Below the pieces are notes generated by a model. It worked only from the letters and a program-made list of their open reading frames with translations. It ran no database searches and was not told the origin of the DNA. Position numbers and translations under genes: made by a program. A DNA stretch of 64,000 nucleotides, from contig CAJINV010000010.1 of NCBI GenBank assembly GCA_905178155.1, positions 2,116,778 through 2,180,777 of the forward strand. Direction: 5' to 3'. This DNA is from Amoebophrya sp. A120. Lineage: Eukaryota > Protista > Dinoflagellata. Numbering within the stretch: position 1 is the first letter of the stretch; every line of letters begins with the position of its first letter. Shown piece by piece: positions 26,334-38,900 of the stretch.

Positions 26334-29300
26334 TCACATCTTCATGCGATAAAAGATGCAGGCCAGGAGGAACGAGATGAAGAGTGACACCAACCCGTCG
26401 ATCAGCTGGGCTGTTTGTGGCCCGATGTGGATCAACCTGAATAAAGAGCAGTTATTTTCAGCTTTTGAAAACAAAATTTGTGTTGCCTGCCGCGGCACGC
26501 AGTCGATCCTTGTCATGCGAAAATCCATATATGCAACTTCGAAGAGGAAGAAAACAGAAAAAATCTTACCACATCGTCAAGCTCATGACGAAAACGCACA
26601 CGCCTCGCATATGAAAGTGCACAATTCCCCCTCCCCTCCTTTCTATTGCGCGGAAAGCAATACAAACAGCAGCACACATCACCGAGCATGTGCATGACAA
26701 AGGCGCCTAGTGTAGTACTGTCTGGCCTTCCGGAATCTGTCATGCACACAGTGCCACAGAAAAGCACTTGGAGTTGCGTTGGAATTTTACGATCACAAAT
26801 GAGAACGAGAGGGAGTAGTTCTTGTGCACTCTGATACCGCATCACATCTGCCCAGAAGTGGATCAGCGCGGCGTCCACATTTGCGTTTGGACCGTTGGTA
26901 TCCCGTGCAAAAGTATCGCGCTCGTGCTAAAAATCGCAGTCATGCAAGACAAATTTCGTTTTCTAGCTAATAAATCAGAATGACAAATTCTTCTTGTCAT
27001 GCTGAGGTAATTTGTGTTGCTATACTACGAGTACGATACTTTTGCAATTCATAGTTGGACGTGGCGGAAGTACTCGTGTAGTTTCGTTTCAACAACAATC
27101 GAATGCTGATAATCTGCCCAATGTCGGTCAGCATCGCGAGAACCGCGACGATATGGACTGCAAAAGTATCCTATCGCACTCGTATAAATGCATTACAAAT
27201 TTTATGCAGTTACCGCGGAGGGATCACCCTATGGATGATCGCTCGATGGGAGCATCTCCCACTGCGTCGTACTAGGAGGGCACTAGTATCATAGTACTCG
27301 AGAAGACCAAGCGCTTCGGCTTGGGAAAAAGTTCGCAAGGGTACCGGGTTCGAACCGCCAGTGCCAAACGACCCTCCTTCCCAAAACAAGGCGAGACCGC
27401 ATGATATGTGTATTCTTGCTGCGTGTAGCGGCAAGAATGCATCAGTGTGGCCAGACTAGCTTAGATGAAACTTTCCGCAAGCGGATGATGCCATACTTTC
27501 CGACAAGCGGATAACCAAACTTTCCGCGGAGCGGATGAGACCAGACTTTCCGACAAGCGGATGAGAGAGACTTTCCTAAGGCGGATGGACCATACTTACT
27601 ACCAACGGCAGGGGCGTTACTCCCTGGGACTTGTTAGAGAGAAAGAAAACAAACTTCAACCCAGAGTGGGGAAGAGGTTCGCACCATCGATCTCAAAGCC
27701 CTGGCTACCGTAAAGGGGCTGGATGCGGACACATATAAAATACCGCCCGACCAGCCTCAGCCTAGACTCCCAGGCTCGCTAGCCTGCTACTGCCCGGGCA
27801 TACATTTTCTCAGCATGAGAAATAAAATTTGTAATGCAGTTTTGCCTTGACATAGAAATTTGTAATGTTGCAAGACCTGCATTTATACGAGTACGATACT
27901 TTTGCACAGCATAGACGAAAAAAACCGGTTTGAAGTTCGGCGTAGATTCTTGTTGTTGCGATATTACAATGAAAAATGCCCCCACCCCCAAAGTTACAAT
28001 AATTTGTGATGCAAAGTTTCCAAGTGAAAACTTTTTGTCATGCATGAAAGGACTATAAATCTTTCTGATGCAGAGTCTAGGCGTATATCGCATTGCTTGC
28101 ATGACAAGCGCCGCTCTTGCTGGCGGGATCTTGCGCAATACAAATTCACGATTGGGAATCTGTGATGCTGATAGATGCAATAGGGTGAGTGTTTCATTTG
28201 CAAAGGTTTGCAATACAAATGCTCCCAAGTTCGGCGGTGGGGGCATTTTTCATTGTAATATGCGAATGGTTGTAACTACCTTCGTTATCCTGGGCTAATC
28301 CCGCCAACTCGTGGTCTTTGTGCATCCACAGTCGCGTTCGGTACAATCGGTGCTGATAGTAGTGGATGTGGTGCCTCCCCGCGTTTTCGATCCGAGAGAT
28401 ACTCTGACTCGCGATAGAGACGGTGCAGAAAAAGAGAAGACCTGTATTTCATTTTGCTGGATGTTAACACGAAAAAGGATAAATCTCTACGAACTCATGT
28501 AAAGGATTTTTGCGCAAGCTAGCAGGAGATCTTCGCTCAACGAGATTGATTCCAATGACAATGTCGGACAGGTTGCCGCAAGACCGCACGAATCTCCGAG
28601 TAGATTTTGAGACCACACAACGATAGCCAAAAAATGAAAATCACAGCACACTTGATTTTTTTCTCTATACCGAGCGACAAGATCGCTCCGAGCAGATCGT
28701 AAAACTGCCGGCTGTTGCTGGACACGGTATTTCTCTTCGCATATTCCAATATCAGATTCACCGCGTAGCCCGCTGTGTCCGCGCCCACCGAAAACCCGTC
28801 CGCCCGCAAAGCGACCGAATGCGCCAAAATCGACACCCAGACCTCCACGATGCAGAGAAACAGGGAAGACCCGACCAGGATCCACAGTACCATCATCTCT
28901 CGCGTACTCGCGGTGGAGCAGTTAGCCACCCCCTTCGGACTCAGCATGATCTGCGCGGTGGGTCCGAGCTGGGAAATGAGCGCGGAGTGTTGTTGTTGGA
29001 GCAGTTGCTTCTCATCCTTGCTGGAGACAGGTCTGTGGTCATACTCCGTTTTCTGGATGTGTCAGAGTTGAAATCGACAAAGTTTGTCATGCATAAAATG
29101 GATGCCAGTTGGAACCCAGTTTCCAAGTAGCGCATGACAAATTTCGGCGGTCCCTAAATCCGGTTTGTCATGCTGCTTAGGCAAAGAAGACCGATTTTCT
29201 CATGCTACTTTAGCAGCTCCAGCTGTAACCCCGCCAAACAGGCTTACAATCGGCCTCGCTTGCCTGCTCTGCAACACACGTACCTCGGGTCATGCATTTT

Positions 29301-29750
29301 ACGCATTACAGATTTTTTCAACTTTGACGATTTCAAACCCGACGCTTCCATACGTTTTGTAGGTACCGTAGGTCGTCGTTGTAGCGTCGACTGTATCAAC
29401 AATGAAAATGTCTGGAAGATTCTGACACTTGTCATGCACGTTTTGCGTGAGCCATGATGTCTGTGATGCATACCCGCCTAGCAATACAGATTTTTTGAGG
29501 GCTTCCTGTGCCTATTCCGCATGACAAATGCCTTCTCAGCGTAGCAAAAATTGCATTCTGTTTGCTACTCATGCAAGATAGATTTTTTTGGAATCCAAAT
29601 ACAGCATCACAAGTGGCATTCTTCCAGACCCAGACATGTTTGCATTTCATAGACTGGCCGACCAGGAGAAGTGAACTCCTCCTCGGAGTGTGCAGCCGCG
29701 GGTCCTGTGGAGCCCGGCATGATGCTTGCTCCCTGCGAAACAGGCTCAAC
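26334..29750 (-). CDS. Cation diffusion facilitator (Zn transporter-like), boundaries approximate
   Basis: AHSVALRADGFSVGAD, NVDAALIHFWADVMR, LIDGLVSLFIS transmembrane motifs; 6 introners. Confidence 0.6.
26610..26836. mobile_element. Introner F9
   Basis: TSD TCGCA/CCGCA; homologous to 36323-36543. Confidence 0.8.
26899..27053. mobile_element. Introner F2
   Basis: TSD GTTGG/GTTGG. Confidence 0.85.
27203..27802. mobile_element. 600-bp insertion nested in an F2 introner
   Basis: TATGC...GCATA ends, AATTT/CATTT flanks; host introner resumes on both sides. Confidence 0.7.
27468..27591. repeat. Five ~25-bp tandem hairpin units
   Basis: ACTTTCC(G)-Nn-GCGGAT repeated 5 times. Confidence 0.85.
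27962..28260. mobile_element. Introner F6
   Basis: TATTACAATGAAAAATGCCCCCACC IR; TSD TGCGA/TGCGA. Confidence 0.9.
29052..29352. mobile_element. Introner F5
   Basis: TSD CGTTT/CGTTT; one end TCT instead of TAT. Confidence 0.75.
29394..29651. mobile_element. Introner F1
   Basis: TSD GACTG/GACTG; body similar to 16825 and 56893 copies. Confidence 0.85.
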
Positions 29751-30818
29751 ACAGGAACGGCTCAAAACAAGAAGCGGCTGGAATTTGCTACATGTCTGGT
29801 CACTTACAGAAACACCAGCTTTTTACGGATTACATTATCAGTCATACGCGCATCTCAGCAATCACGTTCGATGGATGTTATAAAAAAACCGCCTAACCGA
29901 AAAAAGTTGTAAAGAGCGGGAGCAAATGGTTTCGTCCAAGTAGCTTACTGCACGTTCAGTCAGAGACCGCACACATCATGTTCTCGGCTGCTTTAACCAC
30001 AGTCTGCGAGACGATTTTACTATTGGCGACCCTATACGGATAAACTTTCCACGACCGAGACTATTTTCATGTAACAGGCAGTGCAGGAGCAACTGATAGG
30101 CTCGCGGCTTAGTCTGAGAAGTAAGTATCACGATCACCGCGGCCAGATAGTCACAGTGATACGACATTCCCGACGACGACCCACAACGACCTATTGGCTT
30201 TACGGCGCATTTATCCAGGCGCGACAGTTGATATAGGCGATTTCCTCTTCTAGGTCTACTATAGAATGCGACAGCGCGACGATAAGGACAGCGACAGACG
30301 CACGACTACACACATGAAGATTGCGACACAGTGAGTTTTACAGTGGGTCCTGTTCTTCCGATGTTGCAGTCGGACGAGAAAGCCCCTCCTGACATCAGTA
30401 GACGATGGCTGTACCAGTTGTCACAGGTATAAATATGATCAGAGCAACGTGCTGAACACGGAATCATCAAACGTCATTTTCCTTCCAGATTTCTCCTGTT
30501 TGCACAGGAGCGGTCTCTTCTTTTTTTTGGCACGGTCTCACATCGTTCTAGCGTAGAAAGTTCAACTTTTCGTTCCGATTCTCACTTGACCTCACAGAAG
30601 CTCAACATCTTCGCGCGAAAAGAACTGTCTTGTCGTACACCATCAATGTTGCGAAATGTGATTCGAACTCTCAACAAGAAATCAAACCGCTAAGTACATC
30701 AAACATCAATGTAGTCGAGCAACACAGCTGGTTCATCCCCACGACGGTGCAAGAAACCTCTGCGCGGCATGATCTTCCGAGCTGCACCCCAGACAAGCAA
30801 GTTCTTGCATATACCAAT

Positions 30819-31415
30819 TTAACGGTACTTTCCGCCGAAGGTGGACTCGCCGGCCTTTTTCTTGGTGTCACCACCGAGCTCGAAGTGCTTGCAGCGCTTG
30901 ATGGCGATGCAGCGCTTGGCCTTGCACTTGGAGCACTCCAGCTTCAGAGCGATCTTCTTGGTCGTCTTGGCCTTCTTACGGAAGATCGGCTTGGTCTGAC
31001 CACCGAAACCCTTCTGTTTGGCGGCGTAACGACGGTCACCCTGGGCAAAGCCAGACTTCTTCTGGGTCTTGTACCTGAGGGGGGATTATTTTGCACAATT
31101 GAGGATTGTGACGATAATTCTCAAAAAGCATGATGAGAGAATGGTGCTGTCTTGCTCAGCAATAATTCTGCATCCTAGAGAAAAGCCTTGCTTTCCAAAA
31201 CTTTCTCAGCTACCGCACGCTGCAGTTGTTCAGTTGGTCTTGTACTTGTTGACAGCATCTTTACCACTGCATTAGAGCCAAGTTGTCAGTTCAGAAGCAC
31301 AAATCTAAAAAATCGTAAATGAAAATCAAATTTCTTACTGGGTGACTTTATGCTTGGTGTGCTTCTTGCACTTGCCGGGGCAGTAGGTGCGGCGCTCCTT
31401 CGGGACGTTGACCAT
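30819..31415 (-). CDS. RPL44: 60S ribosomal protein eL42 (L44/L36a), 2 exons
   Basis: [26 protein letters not shown]|[16 protein letters not shown]...[20 protein letters not shown]; GT-AG intron 31075-31338. Confidence 0.97.
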
Positions 31416-32963
31416 TTTGAAGAGGTTTTTTGTGTGCCTTTTCTACGCTGAAAAGAAACGATGCCTAAATCGAGACTTTGTGTGTCCGATTTCCCTGTTG
31501 AAGTTTTGGTTATCAGAAAAGGATTGCGAAGTGCAGCTCAGGAAGCGCACCTAACTTAGATATTAGCGCCAGAAGAACATTGAGTTTTAATCAAGAGTGA
31601 GGATCTATTTCGTTCACACCACACGGATCTTCGAGTGATTTTCTCAATTCATTTCAATTTAGAGTTCACTTTCCACCAGGTGTCTAGATCCCTATTTCCA
31701 AATTTGGACCTAGCGATCTGATTTTCGACTGCGCTCCTAAAGATCTCGGACACAATTTTGCTGGATCTTGAAAGGACTCAACAATCTCCTCCTAAGCAAG
31801 AAGAAAATTTTTCTATTGCAGATCCACTTCTTCACAGGACACGATAGCTCCTCCTTCTCACGCTATCAAAATCGCAGCCGTGTATTGCAAAATCTCGGCA
31901 CGAAAAGGACTTCTTCGCGGATCCGATTTGATCGCGACCATCGTGCATCCGATTTAGATCGACTCTCAAATAAGCAAGAGCCTTTGACATCGAACTCTTT
32001 GAAAGACCTCGAGCATGGAAGAACGTCTTTGCTTTGATCAATTCCTCAGATTGGATCTTCAATTGATTTGTAGACCTGAAGGACCGTAATTTTCGCGTAG
32101 AGAGGACCGAAACCAGGGAAACTACAACACTACCAGCCTAAAAGAATAGTATCCCCTGCCTTATTTCGGCTCTAGGAGTCCGCGCAAAAGCAAGAACAAG
32201 CTAGCCTTCTCGATCGGCCGCCATGCGCCGCGCTGCTGTATTATTCTCGGCAATATGGCACAGTGAATCCAGGTATCTTGCTTGCTGCTGTCAAATCTGT
32301 TCATGTGGTGCTTGGATGAAATAAAATCCTCAACTCGTCGTGTGTTCTTGATTCAAAGGTTCTTTTTTGTGAATGCTGGAAAGAAGAAAAAGTTGAACGC
32401 ACTCTTTATATCCTGTTCGTTCTTGGGATGGTGCTGTAGCCCCTCGGAAGGTTTGCCTGTGTAGCCGTCGACAAGGCAAAACGATGTCTTATACATTAAA
32501 TTACTTGAGGAATCGCAGTTAGCCTCCTGCGTTGCGATGTATCATTAAAAAGAGGAAAAGGCCGCGCGATGCTTTTGAAAACTAAACCATTCTTGGAACA
32601 ACTACATGAGAGATAGAACGACCGAGGCGAAAGGACGGTACGTCTATGAAACTTTATACTGGCGTTTAGAGGATTTAGAAAGTTAAAGTTTGTATGTCGC
32701 TGTATTTCTCGTCCTTTCACGCAAGAACTTTACCTCGTGAAGATCCCATCTCGATCTCAGCTGTATTCCCAAATAAGTTTATCAACCCCTCGCCCGATAA
32801 AAAGAAAACTGTATTTACGATTTTTGTGACATTCACAGGTTTAAAAACTAGTACATCAAGGACATTGTTCTACGTCGCATTTTGACAAAAAATCTTTATC
32901 TGCCCTGCTCGCGGAGGATAACCAATAGCTTGTCGCTCGCTTTTTTTAGAGGATGGACCACTT

Positions 32964-35900
32964 CTAGTCTTCCTCGTCTACCCTGAAGATGACAAGTGGT
33001 TTGTTCTTCCTGGTTGTGAAACGAGAAGACTCCTCCTGGGCCACGCGCCTACCTTCCCCCACCTCGCCTTCCTCTTCCCGCCCGCTCACTCTCTCCGCCC
33101 GTAGTTCTTTGCCGCTCTCGGTCTCGGTCCCTGTCTCCTGTTTTCTCCCCCTCGCGGTGATCGCGGTGTCTCTCCTCCCTTCGTCCTCGCGTGGTCTCAT
33201 TGTTCTCGTGGTCCCCGGGGGAGGATGCGTTTTGCCGTCTGCGCTTCGCCTCCGGATAGTTGCTGCCAGCGCGATCTTGATGTTGTTCCCGGTCCTTGTA
33301 GCTGTCCTTTTCGTAGGAGTGCTGGCCCTGATAGCTGTCGTAGTTGGCGTTCCTGCGTTCGCGTGATCGCTTTTTCCGCCGCTCGTACTCCTCCGCTTCC
33401 TCCCGCCGTTTGGCCTCCAGCTCCTCCTGAGAAGTTTGGCAATTCAATTATGTCAATATAGACGCTGTAATGGACGATCTATTGCCACGAGGACAAATCG
33501 AAGTGAAGACCAAGATTTAGATTTTAGTAAAAGTAGTACACACGCAGCTAATCATCTTCACCATCTCAGTCACGTTTTTTCTGGTTCAACAAGATGACAA
33601 ATCATCGTCACCAACAGTACTGAAATCCAATAAATCCAAACGCTTTATATATTACTCTTCTTTTCCTCTCTTCCGCGTGCTTTTCCTCCGCCGACCCGAC
33701 GATCGACAGTATTCTGTCCCGACAATGCCTGCAAGATTCGGCGTCTTCCGCGATCAACTGCACTTCTTTCTCGTCCGGCTTTTTCTCCTTGATGTTGTCC
33801 GGATCCGTTTCCTTCTCACTAGTGTCCTTATCACCACTACCTCCGCCTATCGGCATGTTATTTGGGTTATCCGGGTCCGCGTCTTTCCCCTTTCCTTTCC
33901 TACCGCCCTTAAAACCTCCGGAATTGTAGGATGACTTTGCGTTGTAGTTCCCATCTTTATCTAGAGAATCTTTGATGAAGATCTTCACGCCCATGTCCCT
34001 TTCGAGTTCCTTTATGGTCGAACCTTTCGTCCCGATAATCAACCCGACCAGGTCGTTCCTGATCATCATCACATCTTTCGGACCGCGCCAGCTGTTGAAA
34101 GTCGCGTTTTTCAGGGAAAGCGGTCGAATATTCTGCGGCCAGATATCGGATTCCGTCCAGGAGTCGCCCTCGTAATCCAGATGGTAGTTGCCGTTGCTGG
34201 AAATGCCGGTTATTTTGGCGACGTACCTGTGATGTAATATGTAAGGTTGATATTTAGAAGTATGGATTGCACGTACTTTTTCCTTCGTCACTCAGGGTCG
34301 GATCAGGATGACCTCGACGTCAAAATAAACGACCACGGAACAAGTTTCGCAGCACTGAATTCTTCTCGCAGCTACAGTACATAATCTATAGAGGAAAAGC
34401 CATTGTATCTCCGACCTATACCGGATTCCCACTAAAATCTGTGACTTTGTCACAGAGGAAACGCGGCTCAAACTGGGTAGAATTTGCTTTAGCGCCAGCT
34501 AAAAAAGGAAGGCAATCAGCTATCGATCAAGCCAGAATGCCCGCTGGAATGACGCGTAGAAATATCAAGAGATCTTAGTCTTCTGGTAGAGCGATGACAC
34601 AGCACGACAGTCGGACGACAGCTCTCATTCCTTCTGATAATTTGGTAAAGCAGGAGGTCGTCGTCGTCGCATGGTCATGGTGTACTATTTACGTATCGAA
34701 ATAAACCTTTCTGTTGATGTTGAACAAAGCGCACTACTAAAATCAGTATACCATTTCCCCTGTCTCTTGAAATTTCCCTCCACCAAGTCTCCGATGTGGT
34801 ACTTTCCGTCGTCGAATGGATTTTCCCTTTTCACCGCGCCAAAAGGCCCCTTCTCCCCCTGGTCGTCTTCAAACGGAGACACTTCAAACGGCAGACTGTC
34901 TGTGTCCTGCTGACCAACCGCGCTAGATTTTTTTCTTTCTGTTGTTCCGGGGGCGGCTGCTTCCTCGTCATTCGCGCCCTTTTTGTCCATGTCGACGTCA
35001 TCATCCCCCCTCTCCTTATCGTCCCCGCCCTCGGCATCCGATCCGTCGTTCTTGTCTTTACTCCTTTCCTTCTCATCGTCACTTTCGCTCGCCGACGATG
35101 CGGCGTCCTTGCTGTCGCCGAAGGGGCCGCGGGTGAGGGTGAGGCCGGCCTTGGTTGGGCTGGTGCTTCCCGGTGGCGCGGTGCTTGCGGTGGGAATGCG
35201 AGGTAGGGCGGATTCCTGATATATGGATAATTGGACAAAAATCAAAATCGATAACCACGTAGTCTTAGCTGTAGGGAGGACGAACGCAGAGGAGGACCAG
35301 CAGGGATATAGTGCGCTATTCAATAATTGAATTGACCGCATTTGTGTTGAGGCCAAATTTTGTTGTAGCAACAAGGTGCTGAGAGTCTATCACCAGTAGA
35401 AACTACTACACAACAGATTTATCATACCTTGATGGGCTGGGAGATCCACGGATGGGCCTGACTGCAGGCTAAATCCGCGCTCGTGTCCACCGGAATGAGC
35501 TGATGCCGGTACTTGTTGGGCTGTTGCGGGTTGTATGCCGGGTGGCCCATCAATAGTTCCCCTGTGTTCCGTCGAAACAGCTCTTCCAAAATTGGTCTGT
35601 GCGCAATGGGGACGTCTTTCGCGGAGCGACCAATCGGTGGGATCACTAGGTGGAGGTGGACCTTTGAGGTAGTTTTTAGATTTAGATTCGCTGTGCATTT
35701 TCACATGACAAAGTCGACAACTTATGTGAGTGAGTGCATCACAAAGTAAAAGTTTCAACATTGATATTAATGTTTACCTTGAACAAGCAGGCCTGGTTGC
35801 TCGCGGACGACAAGCTCATACACATGGGCTCCGGCTTCCCAGCGATGTACAACATCGATAATCTCGTGTCCGCCGCGAAACTCTTTCTCGCCACAATGTG

Positions 35901-38900
35901 CCACTCGTTGTCCGCCGCGCCCTCCCGCGGGATGTAGATGATCCGCAGCTCTTTCTGCTCAATGTCCATGCAGAAAAGAAAAACTTCGATCGACAGCTCC
36001 ATGGGGATCGCCCCGTTTTTCGTCGCGTAGGCGGCCGGATTGGGGTTGTTCGTTCTCATGTAAACGGGCCAGATGCGGAACTTCGTCTGCGGTAAGGGCA
36101 ATCCGTTCGCCGAGCCGAACTGGGAGCGGTCCACCCGCTTCCACTTCTCCCGTGCCGAGTGAATTTCGTACAGTTCCGCGGCGTTGTAGAATTTCTGGCT
36201 GGACTTCGCGTTGGCCCTCGAGGCCGCCGGGTTGGTCGACGCGGCGTCGGGCACCGCCTGGACCCGGTCGTGCACGATAGCGTAGGGCTTCCTGGTCGCG
36301 GGGCAGTAGAAGATGTGGATTTTATGAGAGTGCATAAGAACTCCCCCTCTCTCTCATTTGTATGGCATGAACAGCAATACAAACACCAGCACACGTGGTG
36401 CCTGTGCATGACAAACTTACGCACCCCGCGCAGTACTGTTTGGGCTTCCGCCGGAATCTGTCATGCATAATAGTGACGCAAGGAAGCAATTGAGTTTGGG
36501 ATTTTGCATGAGAAATGGAGGGGGGTTCTTGTGCACTCTCATAGATTTTCGCGTGCTGCGAGAAGTCCATGGAGTCTTCATTGCCTTCGTCCTGTATGGC
36601 GTTGTCAAACGTTACCTTCTCAACGGTTGCATGGATTTGTAATGCAAGAATGGCAAAAGTGCAAGGGTGAAGAGTGCGCCATTTGCATTACAGGCATGGC
36701 ACAGATTTAGATGCTGCTTAGCCCTTCGGAAGTTTGTCATGCGAAGCAGCTTGATGATGTAGATACTCATGAGAATTCCGCATGCCAAATCATGTTGTGA
36801 CAGTTGAAAATGTAATGCTTGAGAGCGCCATATCCTGCAGCAGCGCCTGGTAGCAGGTTTCCCACGCCTCGTTCGGGTCCCGGATCTTGTACATGATCAG
36901 CTTCTTGTTGGGCCGGTCCAGGCAGGCGAGGTAGGATTTCCCGTCAATGTTGAAGGGTTTGAAGTGGCAGTCCACTATCACACAGAAAAAAGCGGGCAGG
37001 GCAGATTTGTAATGCAAACATAAATACGCGGAAAAATCTGTCATGGGCAACGCCATAGCATGCTGTTTCGGAAATGCAAGCCAGATTGCTTTGTCTATTT
37101 ATTTTTGCATGACAAATCTGACCTGCCAGCTTTTTTCTTTGGGATATCCACCGCGGAGAACAGTTCCACGGGCGGCGCGACCACCGTTTTCCACTGCTCG
37201 CAGGGGAGTTTCTCCTCCACCACGCAGAGCTTGATTGCCCCCGTGGTTCGGTGCTGCAAGATGACAAACAACTGGCCTTCCTTGCCCCACCGGAGGGGGT
37301 ACGCCTTCCAGTTCTCCCCCCCAATGGTGTCGCACCACTGCTGCCAGCGGAGCTCGGAACCGACTAACGCAATATGGAAGCGTCAGGTTTGAAATCGTCA
37401 AAGTTGAAATAATTTGTAATGCATAAAATGCGACACAAAAAGTGACTCTATTGCAGAGGACCCACGGGAGGCAGATTATAGTCCTGGTAAGGGTCAAAAG
37501 TTGGACTGCTAACTAGCATGACAGAAGGCAGCTCCTTTGCCCTAAATCGCATGACAGACTCGCTTCCAGGACCGGGAAAATTTGTCATGCACCGACTACA
37601 AACTGTAGGTCTAACTGGTATCCGTTTTATGCATGGCAAACTATTTCAACTTTGACGATGTCAAACCTGACACATCCATAGGCAACCGCCTCGCAATACT
37701 TCTTCGTCACAATCTTGGTTTCGTACTGGGCAGTTCTCTTTTTCCTCTTCTTCGGCTTCTCGGTTTTCGCCTCATCCGGGTTTGCATTGTTCATGTCAAC
37801 GTCATTCTCGCCGGAGGAATTTTCGTTCTCATCCTCTTGTATCAAGTGGAAAAATGTCCTCAACTCCTAGTCCATCCAACCCCGACTTGTCCGCGCAAAT
37901 TTATCTGCACGCGGCCTATATCACTGTTTCTCATGCACAGCTGCCTCCTGAGGAGCAGTTTCAAATTCTATCAATCTGGAAGCTCCTCATGCTCATGCTA
38001 GAATCAGGAAACCAGACTCTTTGATTTTGATTTACAATGCAGCTGCACTAGCTATTGCTTTCTACAACAACTACCCTGTGAACTGAAACAGCATTTCATG
38101 CAAAACTGTATATGCAATCTCAATCCAAATCATGCTGTTAACCACTCGTCTGGGGAACAACTACAAGTGAGGACGTTTTCACCATGGATATCTTCCTCTT
38201 CCTCGTCATGATTCCCCGGAATCTCCACTTCCACGGGGAATTCCGTGTCGATCCGCTTGATGAGCAGCGGGATCTTAAACTTCTCATCCAGCATGACCGC
38301 ACCACCCTGTGGCTGCTGCTGTTGCACTCCGGGCGGCGCACCGATGGGCGGCTGCTGGCCGTAGTGCACATTGTGTGGAGCCCCGGCGCTTCCTGGCGGC
38401 GGAACCACGGCAGCTCCCGCCCCGTACTGCTCGTACTGTGGTGGTGGCCCGCCGAGGATGTGCGGTGGTGGTGGTCCGCCGTGGATTATCGTGCTGTGCG
38501 GGCCACCGGGCGGGGTGGGGTGGCTGCCCGGAGGAGGCGGGTGACCCTGGATGATCTGCGCTCCGGGCGGGAGTTGGTGTGGGTGCGGGGGATGGTGTAT
38601 CAAATGCAAATATGTCTGGGTCTGGACGAGTGCAAGACTTCTCATGCAGGTTCAACATTACGCATGGGGACTGGAATGCAGGATCTAGCATGACAGACTC
38701 TGTGAGATCTGTATCATGCCTATCCTGCATGACAAACTCACTCCCAACTTGGTCAAAAGAGGACAGCTTTTGGCACTCATGCAACACAAATTTTTTCATG
38801 ATCCAGATTTAGCACGACAAGCTGCGCCCTTCCAGACCCAAACATTTTTGCATTTGATATGGTGCCCGGGCGGGGGTTGGATCAACTGCCCATGCGGAGG

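Larger units (their letters stand above)
27152..27913. mobile_element. Introner F2 carrying a nested 600-bp insertion
   Basis: TSD GACGA/GACGA. Confidence 0.85.

Noticed and set aside
27340-27365. tRNA gene suggested by B-box GGTTCGAACCC
   Set aside because: Could not build a cloverleaf or find an A-box
27468-27591. Mini-CRISPR or hammerhead array
   Set aside because: Units are nearly contiguous and there is no CTGATGA/GAAA hammerhead core
30630-31133. 167-aa plus-strand ORF
   Set aside because: Antisense of eL42 exon 2
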